Below, in pieces: positions 34,998 to 43,286 of a stretch of DNA of 48,165 nt. Position 1 is the stretch's first letter, and the number at the start of each line of letters is the position of its first letter. Position numbers and translations under genes: made by a program. The notes below the pieces were generated by a model. The model was given only the letters and a program-made list of their open reading frames with translations, was not told the DNA's origin and did no database searches. Location of the stretch: NCBI GenBank assembly GCA_029559515.1, contig JAKQBO010000020.1:1-48165 (forward strand). Direction: 5' to 3'. The DNA is from a bacterium (GTDB lineage: Bacteria; Patescibacteriota; Minisyncoccia; Minisyncoccales; UBA1441).

Positions 34998-36635
34998 TTA
35001 ATTAAATGGACTTTCTTCCGGCATCTGGCTGACCTCATTAACCCCCAAGGCTGCAAAGGAAAGAACCTGGTTAGTCCAGAGATCGCGGCCGCGGCCCTCG
35101 GCTGGCCCAATCAGCGGACTTTGGAGCGTCTCTATGCTTTGTGGCTGGACCACCAGTTGAAAGGCTAAGATAGCCTGTTGGTCTGGCTCCAGATGGCCGA
35201 CATCCCAAACCAGGCGGTCGCCCTCGCCTTGCAAACTCAAGCGTCCAGCCTCTTCATCTGGAAAAAGACGGTCGGCAAACATCGTCTCCGAAGGCAAATC
35301 AACCGCGACCCAAACATCATCAACCTCGTTATAAGTATTCGTCAGCCGCCAAAAGACGGTGTAGAGAGTCGTTTCGCCTAATTGAAGCGGAATTGGTCCC
35401 TCGTCTTCAAAAAACTCATCCCCAGCATAAACCTCTTGAACCAGCTCGAGCTGCGAATTGATTTTAGTAGCAAAGATATTCCGCATACTGCCGATCTCGA
35501 CCTCGATTTCAACTTGCGGACTTAGACTCCGAATCGGCCACTCCTCTTTCAAATCAATCCAAAAATCAACTTGCCCCTCCTCGTCCCGATCGAGAAACCT
35601 TAGCTCCGGAATAACCCGCCAGTCCCAAAGAATCGAACTGTGCCCGGGTTGATAAGTGGCCCGAGTGGCCCGAAGAGTATTTAAATCAAAGTAGTCGCCC
35701 TTGAGATAAATCGTTATGAACTGGTTTTCCAGGGGACGTTCGGTAACGTTTCGGAAATATATTTGATAATGTAATGAGTCGCCGGGGTTGGCAACATAAT
35801 CAAAGGAGCCGTTAATCTGCAAAGCCAGGTGAAGGGGTGCATCAGAAATTTCAATCTTCTGGCTGATTCGCTTCAGCGGCGCAAAGCCCTGTTCGGTCCA
35901 AATTCCCAGCTGAGCGCTTAAGACCACCTCTGGAACGTCTGGACTGGCCTGCCCGGTCAGGCGGATTCGTCCGCCGTCTTGAGATACTAAAAAGGGAATC
36001 TGCCATTCGCCCGGTTCGTTAGACCCGACTGGAGAGCTTTCTTTTAATTCAAAGCCTCGGGTGGCCGAAAATCTAATGCCCACATTTTCCAGAGTTTCAT
36101 CTAGAGCGGAAAAATAATTTAAGGAAAATTGAAAGTCTTCTCCCGGAGCGGCCGTTTGAGGTAAGCTGAACTCTAGCGTTAATGGAACTTCCGAGATTGT
36201 CGTAGTCGCCGAAGTATCGGCGCTATAGTAAACGCGCAACCCTTCGACCTGATAATCCAGCCTGGCCTTAGCAGTTAAAACTTCTTTTTCTTGCCCAAAA
36301 ACTTTGGCCCGGAAAGTAAACTGCTGTTCCTGGCCTGGATAAATATCTTGCTCTAGCTTTTGGCGGACCATGCTTTCGTCGGGATCAATCGGCCGGACAT
36401 AGCGAGGGAATTCAAACATTAGCTCGGCGTTCGATAAGGCAAAATTGCCCTGGTTCTTAATTCTCAAGGTATAGTCTACCGACTCCCCGACCACAATCGA
36501 TTCCGGAGCAATTAGCTCCAAAAAAACATCACCGCGAGAAGCAACGTTCTTCTGGTAAAGAAACCAGATTACTACGGCTAAAGCCACCGCTGCTATCAGA
36601 AGAAAAACTAAAATAATCTTCGTAATCTTGGACAT
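34998..36635 (-). CDS. Membrane-anchored extracellular protein with ~4 CARDB/DUF11-like beta-sandwich modules (545 aa)
   Basis: An N-terminal TM helix is followed by recurring segments of the type G-E/D-x-h-x-Y-x-h-x-h-x-N (VGESVDYTLRIKNQGN, PGDSLHYQIYFRNVTE, LGETTLYTVFWRLTNT). The function is unknown. Confidence 0.75.
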   Translation of the reverse strand: MSKITKIILVFLLIAAVALAVVIWFLYQKNVASRGDVFLELIAPESIVVGESVDYTLRIKNQGNFALSNAELMFEFPRYVRPIDPDESMVRQKLEQDIYPGQEQQFTFRAKVFGQEKEVLTAKARLDYQVEGLRVYYSADTSATTTISEVPLTLEFSLPQTAAPGEDFQFSLNYFSALDETLENVGIRFSATRGFELKESSPVGSNEPGEWQIPFLVSQDGGRIRLTGQASPDVPEVVLSAQLGIWTEQGFAPLKRISQKIEISDAPLHLALQINGSFDYVANPGDSLHYQIYFRNVTERPLENQFITIYLKGDYFDLNTLRATRATYQPGHSSILWDWRVIPELRFLDRDEEGQVDFWIDLKEEWPIRSLSPQVEIEVEIGSMRNIFATKINSQLELVQEVYAGDEFFEDEGPIPLQLGETTLYTVFWRLTNTYNEVDDVWVAVDLPSETMFADRLFPDEEAGRLSLQGEGDRLVWDVGHLEPDQQAILAFQLVVQPQSIETLQSPLIGPAEGRGRDLWTNQVLSFAALGVNEVSQMPEESPFN

Positions 36636-36647
36636 AATAAAATCTAT

Positions 36648-36666
36648 ATAACCAATGGTTATTATA
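36648..36666 (-). promoter_or_regulatory. Candidate internal promoter (TATAAT, 36666-36661) overlapped by a 7-1-7 palindrome ATAACCAaTGGTTAT
   Basis: This is the only sizeable intergenic gap (70 nt) in the 20-kb minus-strand gene block. The -10 element lies 25 nt upstream of ATG 36635. Confidence 0.3.
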
Positions 36667-36705
36667 ACTCAAAAGATAAAAAAGGCCTAACAAGATTGAG
36701 TTTGC

Positions 36706-37452
36706 CTAAGATTTAATTAGGCTAGAAGACTGGTCTTGGCGGACCGAATCGAGAAAAAATCGCGAAACTTTCTCCAGATTTTTTTGATCTTCTGGACTAG
36801 TCTTAATCCGGGCTAAGCAAGCTTTATCTTTTTCCGCAATTAAACGGAGAATTTTGATAGTATTAGGCGAGATCTTTTCTAAAAAATCCTCATCCTTCCG
36901 GCAGCCCGGACAGACTATTCCGTCCTGGGCAATTAAATAGCAGACTTCAGATTTAAGGTGATTTGAACAGCGGGCGCATTTTTGAAGGTCGATCTGATAG
37001 CCCCAGCTGTTCATTAGCGTCCAAAGAAAATAATAATAAAGGCGTTGATAGTGCTTCTTCATCAGATTCAGGGCATGCAGCGCCCCCAGATAGAGAAACC
37101 AAGTGTTGTCATCTGGCAGACGCCAAGGCGTTAGCGCTTCAACGTCTTGGGTCATTTTCCGAGCCACTATAAACCTCGCCCAGTCTCGGCTTAGGTTAGC
37201 AAACGGTGTTTTCGGTCGAGCCGCGGTAATAATCGGCTGGCGATAACCAAAAACCAATTCAATCTCGCTCCAGCTAAAGAGCCCTAAGCCACCCCTTAAT
37301 TTTGAAAGAATTTTTCTCTCCCCACGAGCGACAGCTTTAAGCTTGCCGAAGCGATCAGTTAATAAAATAATCTGGCTGTCGGCTTCGCTGATTGCTTGGC
37401 GGCCTAGTACCACGGCTTCCGTCTTCTCTTTAAGAAACATGATCGGGTTCAA
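36706..37452 (-). CDS. recO: DNA repair protein RecO (248 aa)
   Basis: It has an OB-fold N-terminus (EAVVLGRQAISEADSQIILLTDRFGKLKAVARG) and a Cys4 zinc finger (CARC...CPGC). Confidence 0.85.
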   Translation of the reverse strand: MNPIMFLKEKTEAVVLGRQAISEADSQIILLTDRFGKLKAVARGERKILSKLRGGLGLFSWSEIELVFGYRQPIITAARPKTPFANLSRDWARFIVARKMTQDVEALTPWRLPDDNTWFLYLGALHALNLMKKHYQRLYYYFLWTLMNSWGYQIDLQKCARCSNHLKSEVCYLIAQDGIVCPGCRKDEDFLEKISPNTIKILRLIAEKDKACLARIKTSPEDQKNLEKVSRFFLDSVRQDQSSSLIKS

Positions 37453-40400
37453 TGGCTAAAAAGAGCTTCTGGCCGTCTAAAACAACTTCTTGGCTTTCGG
37501 CCGGTGGCCGGCCCTCGGGCGATTTTAAATCAATAGCTTGATTATTTTTCTCAATCTCAGAACGATATTTTTCGAGAAGCTGAACCGGCTCTTCGGCTCC
37601 CCAATAATAGACAGTAGCCGGATCGGACGGCTTCAGGCCGGCTTTTTTTCTCAGATTCTTGATCGTCCGGACAACCTCTCTAATTTGGCCTTCTTCTTCT
37701 AAGTCTTTGCTCAACCGGGTGTCGACAGCGAGCTTTAGGCTGCCTTCTTCAGCCTGAACCCAGCCGGACTCTTCTTTAAGGCTTTCTTCAAAAGATACCC
37801 GGCGCACGTTTATCTCTTGGCTAATTAACTCATTTAAATCTTGATTTTTTAAGGCTGGACCCTGAACTCTCAGTTCGGCCAAGGGCTGCCTCACTTTTAG
37901 GCCGGCTTTAGCGCGGGCCTGCAAAGACAATCGGACAATTTCTCTGACCCGAGTCATCTCTGCTTCTATTTCTGGATTAATTAAATCTTCTTGAGGTTCA
38001 AAGTAGTCCTGTAGGTGAACCGAAATTGATTGGTTCTGGGACCTTAAAGAGCGATAAACTTTTTCACTAATAAAGGGGGTTAACGGAGCCATCAAATTGC
38101 TAATACTCAAAAGAAAGTATCGCAACATCTTGGCTGCAGTTTCTGTTTCTGGGCCCGGGTTTTGCAGGCGGGGTCGAGAGCGCCGAATATACCAATTAGA
38201 AAAATCATCGATTAGGTCTACGAAAAGACGGGCGACTCGATCGACCCGATAAGCCTCCATTTCTTGAATCAACTGTCGGCCCACCGCATGAAGACGAGAA
38301 AGCATCCATTGGTCAAGCAGGTTCGGGCTGAATGGAATTTGATCGTCCAATTCAATTTCCGGAGCATAAGTCAAATAGAACGAGGCGCAGTTATCGAAGG
38401 TGCTAATTATCTTCTGCATCACCTCGTTGACCTTGTCTTCGGCCACCACGTAGTTGCCGCCCAGCGAAGACTGATTCAGAAAATAAAAACGTAGCGCGTC
38501 AGCTCCATAACGATCAAGGATGACTTGAGGCGGTTGATAGTTCTTGACGTGCTTAGATAGTTTTTCGCCGCTCTCGGAGAGAATTAGACCGTGGGCAATA
38601 ACGTTTTTAAAGGCTGGTTGGTTTTGACCCAGGCCGTCATCTTTCAAGGTTAAGGCAGTCGCCAGAACGTGCAAAGTGTAAAACCAGCCCCGAGTTTGCT
38701 CTAAAGCTTCAGTAATAAAGTCAGCTGGAAAAAATTCTTTTGTCTGTTCCTGATTTTCAAACGGATAATGAAACTGAGCGTAGGGCATCGCGCCTGATTC
38801 GTACCAACAATCAAAAACCTCTTCGACTCTCTTCATCTTTTCTCCGGAAGGCGAATAAAATTCAATCTGGTCGATATAGGGACGATGAAAGTCAATCCGA
38901 CCCTCTTCATTGAAGGGCATTTGAGCAAATTTCAACTCTCGGACTTCAGCAAAATCAAGGCCTAATTCAGAGCGGCGGGCGGTATGCTCTTTTTCAGTTA
39001 AACCGAGACAGGCCGACTCCAAGTATCGAAGCGGACCCCGATGGCCGATAATTAAGACATTGGCTCCCTGATACTTTTGATCCTGGTCCTTTAAAAACTG
39101 ATAGATTCTCTGCCTCACAGCTAATCCGGTCTCACCACCTTCCGGGGTTCGGGTTAAGAACTCATCCGAAGAGTCAAAGAATTGGTAATATTCTTTGATC
39201 GATTTTCCGTTAGCGACACCAAATTGATGCTCACCCAGTTCCGAATAAAACCGAGGCTCAATCCCTAAAATTTCCCCAACTATTTCCGCCGTCTGCCGGG
39301 CTCGAGTTAAATTAGAAGAAAGAATAACATCGATTTTGTTCTCCTTTTTCAGCTTCTTGGCCGTAGCTAGAACCTGCTTCCGGCCCAATTCTGTTAATGG
39401 ATAGCCGTTATCGCGATCAATTAAAACTTTCTGAACATTGCTTTCAGCTTCACCGTGCCGCATCAGCCAATAGCGATTATCACTGAACTTCTGCTGCCTT
39501 AAGTCTTCACGCGAACCAATCACAACCGTCTCGCCTTTTTCTGATTGCCAGATCGGGATAGGCGCTCCCCAGTAGCGGTTTCGCGATACGGCCCAATCAC
39601 GGGCCCCCTCTAGCCATCGACCGAAACGACCGTTCTTAATATGTGCGGGAACCCAATTGATTTGCTGGTTATTCTTAACCAATTGATCGCGAAATTTTTC
39701 AACGGCGATATACCAGCTAGTAACCGGATAATAGACCAAACGTTGATCACAACGCCAACAAAAGGGATAACTGTGCTCAATTTCCAAAGTCCGGTAGAGA
39801 AACTGGCGTTTTTTAAGATCCTCTAAAATAGCCTGGTCGGCCACCCAAACCGGCTGGCCCGCCCCGGGCAAATTATAGCCGGTGGCCATACGGCCGCTGC
39901 GATCAACTGTAATCTTGAGAGGCAGATTCTGTTTCTTAGCCACCTCCATGTCCTCTAGCCCAAAGGCGGCTAGGTGAACTAAGCCGGTGCCTTCTTCTGT
40001 CGAAACAAAGTCAGTTTCCACCACTCGATAATCCCGGCCATTGCTAGGCGGAACATCATAGAGCGGTTGATAAGCCTGCCCGATCAGCTGTCGGCCTTTA
40101 AAAGTTTCAATCTGCTCAAAGTCTTCTTCAATCTCCGATAGCCGCGACTCGGCCAGAATTAAAAATTCCGAGCCGGTCTTAATTTTTACATAGTCGATTT
40201 CCGGATTAATCGCCACCGCAAAATTAGCCGGCAAAGTCCAGGGAGTAGTCGTCCAAATCAAAAGAGAGGTTTTCTCTTGATCAATCAGCGGAATTTTGAC
40301 GAAGACTGAAAGATCTTTAATGTCGCGATAGGCTCCGGGCTGATTCAGCTCAAAATTAGACAAAGGGGTCTCGCAGCGCGGACAATAGGGAGCCGTGCGG

Positions 40401-40921
40401 TAGTCCTGATAGACCAACCCCTGCTGATAAAGACGCTTAAAGATCCACCAAATGCTCTCGGTGTATTCCGGGTCAATCGTCGCGTAATAGTTGTCATAAT
40501 CAGCCCAGCGGCCTAATCTCTTCAGAATTTGCTCAAATTCATCTAAGCAACGAAAAACTAAATTACGGCAGGTCTGGTTAAATTTATCAATACCTAACTG
40601 CTCAATGTCCGCCTTGCTCTTCTGATTCAGCTCTTGTTCGGCCAAATTCTCCAGGGGTAGACCGTGGCAGTCCCAGCCCACCCGACGAGGCACATACCGG
40701 CCTCTCATTGTCTGATAACGAAGAACAACGTCTTTAATGGTTGACGGGAGAAGGTTGCCGTAATGAGGCTGGCCGGTGGCGAAGGGCGGACCATCATAAA
40801 AAGAGAATAGTGGCCGGCCTTGGCGCTGAGCAACACTCTGCTCAAAAACCCGGTTTTGCTCCCAAAACCTAAGAATCTCCTCCTCTGATTTAACAATATT
40901 ATTTTTTTCTTCTGGCATCAC
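37430..40921 (-). CDS. ileS: Isoleucyl-tRNA synthetase (type 2) with an inserted histidine-phosphatase-superfamily domain (1163 aa)
   Basis: It has PPFATGQPHYGN (HIGH), a CP1 editing region (TTTPWTLPAN), WAVSRNRYWGAPIPIW and KLSKH (KMSKS). Residues ~481-672 form an RHG...H phosphatase module. Confidence 0.95.
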   Translation of the reverse strand: MMPEEKNNIVKSEEEILRFWEQNRVFEQSVAQRQGRPLFSFYDGPPFATGQPHYGNLLPSTIKDVVLRYQTMRGRYVPRRVGWDCHGLPLENLAEQELNQKSKADIEQLGIDKFNQTCRNLVFRCLDEFEQILKRLGRWADYDNYYATIDPEYTESIWWIFKRLYQQGLVYQDYRTAPYCPRCETPLSNFELNQPGAYRDIKDLSVFVKIPLIDQEKTSLLIWTTTPWTLPANFAVAINPEIDYVKIKTGSEFLILAESRLSEIEEDFEQIETFKGRQLIGQAYQPLYDVPPSNGRDYRVVETDFVSTEEGTGLVHLAAFGLEDMEVAKKQNLPLKITVDRSGRMATGYNLPGAGQPVWVADQAILEDLKKRQFLYRTLEIEHSYPFCWRCDQRLVYYPVTSWYIAVEKFRDQLVKNNQQINWVPAHIKNGRFGRWLEGARDWAVSRNRYWGAPIPIWQSEKGETVVIGSREDLRQQKFSDNRYWLMRHGEAESNVQKVLIDRDNGYPLTELGRKQVLATAKKLKKENKIDVILSSNLTRARQTAEIVGEILGIEPRFYSELGEHQFGVANGKSIKEYYQFFDSSDEFLTRTPEGGETGLAVRQRIYQFLKDQDQKYQGANVLIIGHRGPLRYLESACLGLTEKEHTARRSELGLDFAEVRELKFAQMPFNEEGRIDFHRPYIDQIEFYSPSGEKMKRVEEVFDCWYESGAMPYAQFHYPFENQEQTKEFFPADFITEALEQTRGWFYTLHVLATALTLKDDGLGQNQPAFKNVIAHGLILSESGEKLSKHVKNYQPPQVILDRYGADALRFYFLNQSSLGGNYVVAEDKVNEVMQKIISTFDNCASFYLTYAPEIELDDQIPFSPNLLDQWMLSRLHAVGRQLIQEMEAYRVDRVARLFVDLIDDFSNWYIRRSRPRLQNPGPETETAAKMLRYFLLSISNLMAPLTPFISEKVYRSLRSQNQSISVHLQDYFEPQEDLINPEIEAEMTRVREIVRLSLQARAKAGLKVRQPLAELRVQGPALKNQDLNELISQEINVRRVSFEESLKEESGWVQAEEGSLKLAVDTRLSKDLEEEGQIREVVRTIKNLRKKAGLKPSDPATVYYWGAEEPVQLLEKYRSEIEKNNQAIDLKSPEGRPPAESQEVVLDGQKLFLAIEPDHVS

Positions 40922-42474
40922 ATTTTGTTGGGCGCACTAATGCCCATTAATTGCAAAGATTCACCAAGAATACCCTTAACCGTTGACAATAGCATTAACC
41001 GAGCTTTTTGCTTAATCGGTTCAGCATCAGCGACCGGGCAGTCTCGATAAAATTGATGGAGGGCTGAAGCTAGCTGGCTAGAAAACTGAGGCAGCTTATG
41101 AACTTCATAGCTCTCGGCGATACTGGTCACCGTCTCCGGATAATGAAGCAATGTTGCCATCAGCGAAAGTTCACTGGGATGATCAAGTAAAGCCTCCGGG
41201 TTGCCTGTTCGCTCGGGGGAATAATTCAGTTTCTCGAAAATACTATTGATCCGAGCGTGAGCATATTGAATATAATAAACTGGATTATCTGATGATCTTT
41301 TCACTGCTAAATTAAAATCAAAGTTAAGATGGGAATTGAGGCTCCGTTCCAAAAAGAAGTAGCGGACGGCATCTAGGCCAACCTGGTCAACCAATTCAGC
41401 AATCGTGATATAAGCGCCTCGTCTTTTAGAGATACGCAGTTCTTGACCGTCTTTTAGCACCTTAACCCACTGAGCAATTAAAATTTTCAGCTGGTGGGCC
41501 GGATAATCAAGAGCCTTCAGCCCCTGAACCAGTGGCTGAATATGGCCCTGGTGATCAGCTCCCCAGATATCAATGATTAAATCAAAGCCTCGGTCAAATT
41601 TATTCCGATGATAAGCCAGGTCGGTCATGAGATAAGTCATCTCACCGCTCGCTTTGACCAAAACCCTGTCCTTATCGTCTCCAAAAGAAGTTGTTTTCAG
41701 CCAAAGAGCTCCTTCTTTTTCCTCAGTTAAGCCCCTCTCTTTAAGCTTAGCTAAGGTAGCCTCAACTTCCTTTTTTCGATAGAGTTCTCTCTCTGAAAAC
41801 CAGGTATCAAATTTCAGGCCAATTTTCTTTACATCCGGCTTGATCATTTTCTCCAAGATATGGTCGGCGGCTTCGCGGCCGGCTTCGTCCGGATCCCGGC
41901 TTTTAACAATCTTTTTTAACTCTTCGATATAATCACCTCGATAGGTCGCCTCGGGATGACCCAAGACTGATTCGCCTAAGCGTCGAACCTGAAAGCCGGC
42001 ATCATTAACGTAATACTCTTTGACAACTTGGTGGCCGACCCGGGCGAGGACGTTGCCCAGGACATCTCCAAAAAAACCACCCCGGCCGTTACCCAGCGTT
42101 AAGGGGCCGGTTGGATTAGCCGAAACAAACTCAACCTGAATTTTCTTAACCTGATCGACTGTTATCTGCCGATCAAGACCAGACATTAGGTTCTGCCATT
42201 CTTGATTAAGCTGTTCGGCTGTTAAAAAAAAGTTAATGAAGCCCGGCTTAGCTATTTTAGCTTGATAGCCCTCGATTCTTTTGGCTAGCTCAGCGGCTAG
42301 CTTCATCGGATCAGATTTCATTGGCCGAGCTAAAACCATCGCCGTGTTAACTGCATAATGGCCGTGCTCAGGTTGATCGGGCACATAAATCTGCCAGTCT
42401 TGATCCGGCCAGCCTAATTCGCCTAGAACGCGATTAACCTCTGCTTTGATTTTTTGGGCGACTGTCTTTTCCAT
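40918..42474 (-). CDS. argS: Arginyl-tRNA synthetase (518 aa from ATG 42474)
   Basis: It has SANPTGPLTLGNGRGG and a DALR anticodon-binding C-terminus ending ...M. The TTG at 42516 used by the ORF track lies upstream of the predicted -10 element. Confidence 0.9.
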   Translation of the reverse strand: MEKTVAQKIKAEVNRVLGELGWPDQDWQIYVPDQPEHGHYAVNTAMVLARPMKSDPMKLAAELAKRIEGYQAKIAKPGFINFFLTAEQLNQEWQNLMSGLDRQITVDQVKKIQVEFVSANPTGPLTLGNGRGGFFGDVLGNVLARVGHQVVKEYYVNDAGFQVRRLGESVLGHPEATYRGDYIEELKKIVKSRDPDEAGREAADHILEKMIKPDVKKIGLKFDTWFSERELYRKKEVEATLAKLKERGLTEEKEGALWLKTTSFGDDKDRVLVKASGEMTYLMTDLAYHRNKFDRGFDLIIDIWGADHQGHIQPLVQGLKALDYPAHQLKILIAQWVKVLKDGQELRISKRRGAYITIAELVDQVGLDAVRYFFLERSLNSHLNFDFNLAVKRSSDNPVYYIQYAHARINSIFEKLNYSPERTGNPEALLDHPSELSLMATLLHYPETVTSIAESYEVHKLPQFSSQLASALHQFYRDCPVADAEPIKQKARLMLLSTVKGILGESLQLMGISAPNKM

Positions 42475-42487
42475 AATTGAATGACCA

Positions 42488-42496
42488 ATTCTAGCA
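42488..42496 (-). promoter_or_regulatory. Extended -10 promoter TGcTAGAAT, 13 nt upstream of the argS ATG
   Basis: The minus strand reads TGCTAGAAT (42496-42488). The ATG is at 42474. Confidence 0.45.
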
Positions 42497-42519
42497 TTTT
42501 CGCTAGAAACTGACAAAAA

Positions 42520-42528
42520 TGGTAAAAT
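42520..42528 (+). promoter_or_regulatory. Extended -10 promoter TGgTAAAAT, 7 nt upstream of the smpB ATG (leaderless predicted)
   Basis: TG is at 42520-21 and TAAAAT at 42523-28. The ATG is at 42536. Confidence 0.45.
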
Positions 42529-42535
42529 AAATGAG

Positions 42536-42982
42536 ATGGAATTAGCTAATAATAAAAAGGCATTTTTTGATTATGAAATTCTAGAGAAAATAGAGGCTGG
42601 TTTGGCTTTAACCGGAGCTGAGGTTAAATCAGCCAAGCTGGGCCGCGTTAGTCTAAAAGGCTCTTATGTTAGCAATCTCGGAAATCGTCTTTATTTAACC
42701 GGAGCGACTATCTCAGCCTATCAACCGGCCAACCAGCCGGCCGACTACGATGCCACCCGCCCCCGCCCCTTGCTATTTAAAAAAAAGGAGATAAGCTACT
42801 TGATTGGCAAGATAAAAGAAAGGGGCTTGACGCTAGTGCCTTTAAGAATGTATACTAAAAAGAACTTGATCAAGCTAGAGGTTGGTCTGGCTAAAGGAAA
42901 AAAGAAATTTGATAAACGCCAACAGATCAAGCAACGTGAAGATGAGCGCCGGATTAGAAGATCTTTAAAAGGCGAAGAATAA
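42536..42982 (+). CDS. smpB: SsrA-binding protein SmpB (148 aa)
   Basis: It has a typical SmpB sequence with a basic C-terminal tail. It lies immediately upstream of the tmRNA gene. Confidence 0.95.
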   Translation: MELANNKKAFFDYEILEKIEAGLALTGAEVKSAKLGRVSLKGSYVSNLGNRLYLTGATISAYQPANQPADYDATRPRPLLFKKKEISYLIGKIKERGLTLVPLRMYTKKNLIKLEVGLAKGKKKFDKRQQIKQREDERRIRRSLKGEE

Positions 42983-42985
42983 CAC

Positions 42986-43278
42986 GGGGACGAACGGCTT
43001 CGATAGAATCTCGAGGCGCGCGGTGCGGGTTAAGGTGCCGGATCCTTATTAAACTTTCGGCAAACTACAAGTGTCAACACACTTCGGGGTTTAACCCCCG
43101 CCTACGCTTACGCCTGAAAGTTTCAGGATAAGCTTTCATAGTTTTTTTGCCTCCCTTTGCGGAGGAATCTGTTTCTGAAGCGCCCTAAACGCTTCTTGAA
43201 GACCCTCTTGAGGGCTAAGCCCGTAGATGCTGCTCGTCATTGATTTTCTAGACGTGGGTTCGATTCCCACCGTCTCCA
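42986..43278 (+). ncRNA. ssrA: tmRNA (SsrA), short form ~293 nt
   Basis: The 5-prime GGGGACG pairs with the 3-prime CGTCTCC and includes the G3.U70 Ala identity pair. The T-arm is GTGGG-TTCGATT-CCCAC with discriminator A. CCA is not encoded. It lies 3 nt after the smpB stop. Confidence 0.85.
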
Positions 43279-43286
43279 CTTTTACA

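Noticed and set aside
43227-43286. ATG 43227 as the infC start.
   Set aside because: These codons lie inside the tmRNA T-arm and acceptor region. The conserved IF3 sequence begins much later, and infC classically uses a non-AUG start.
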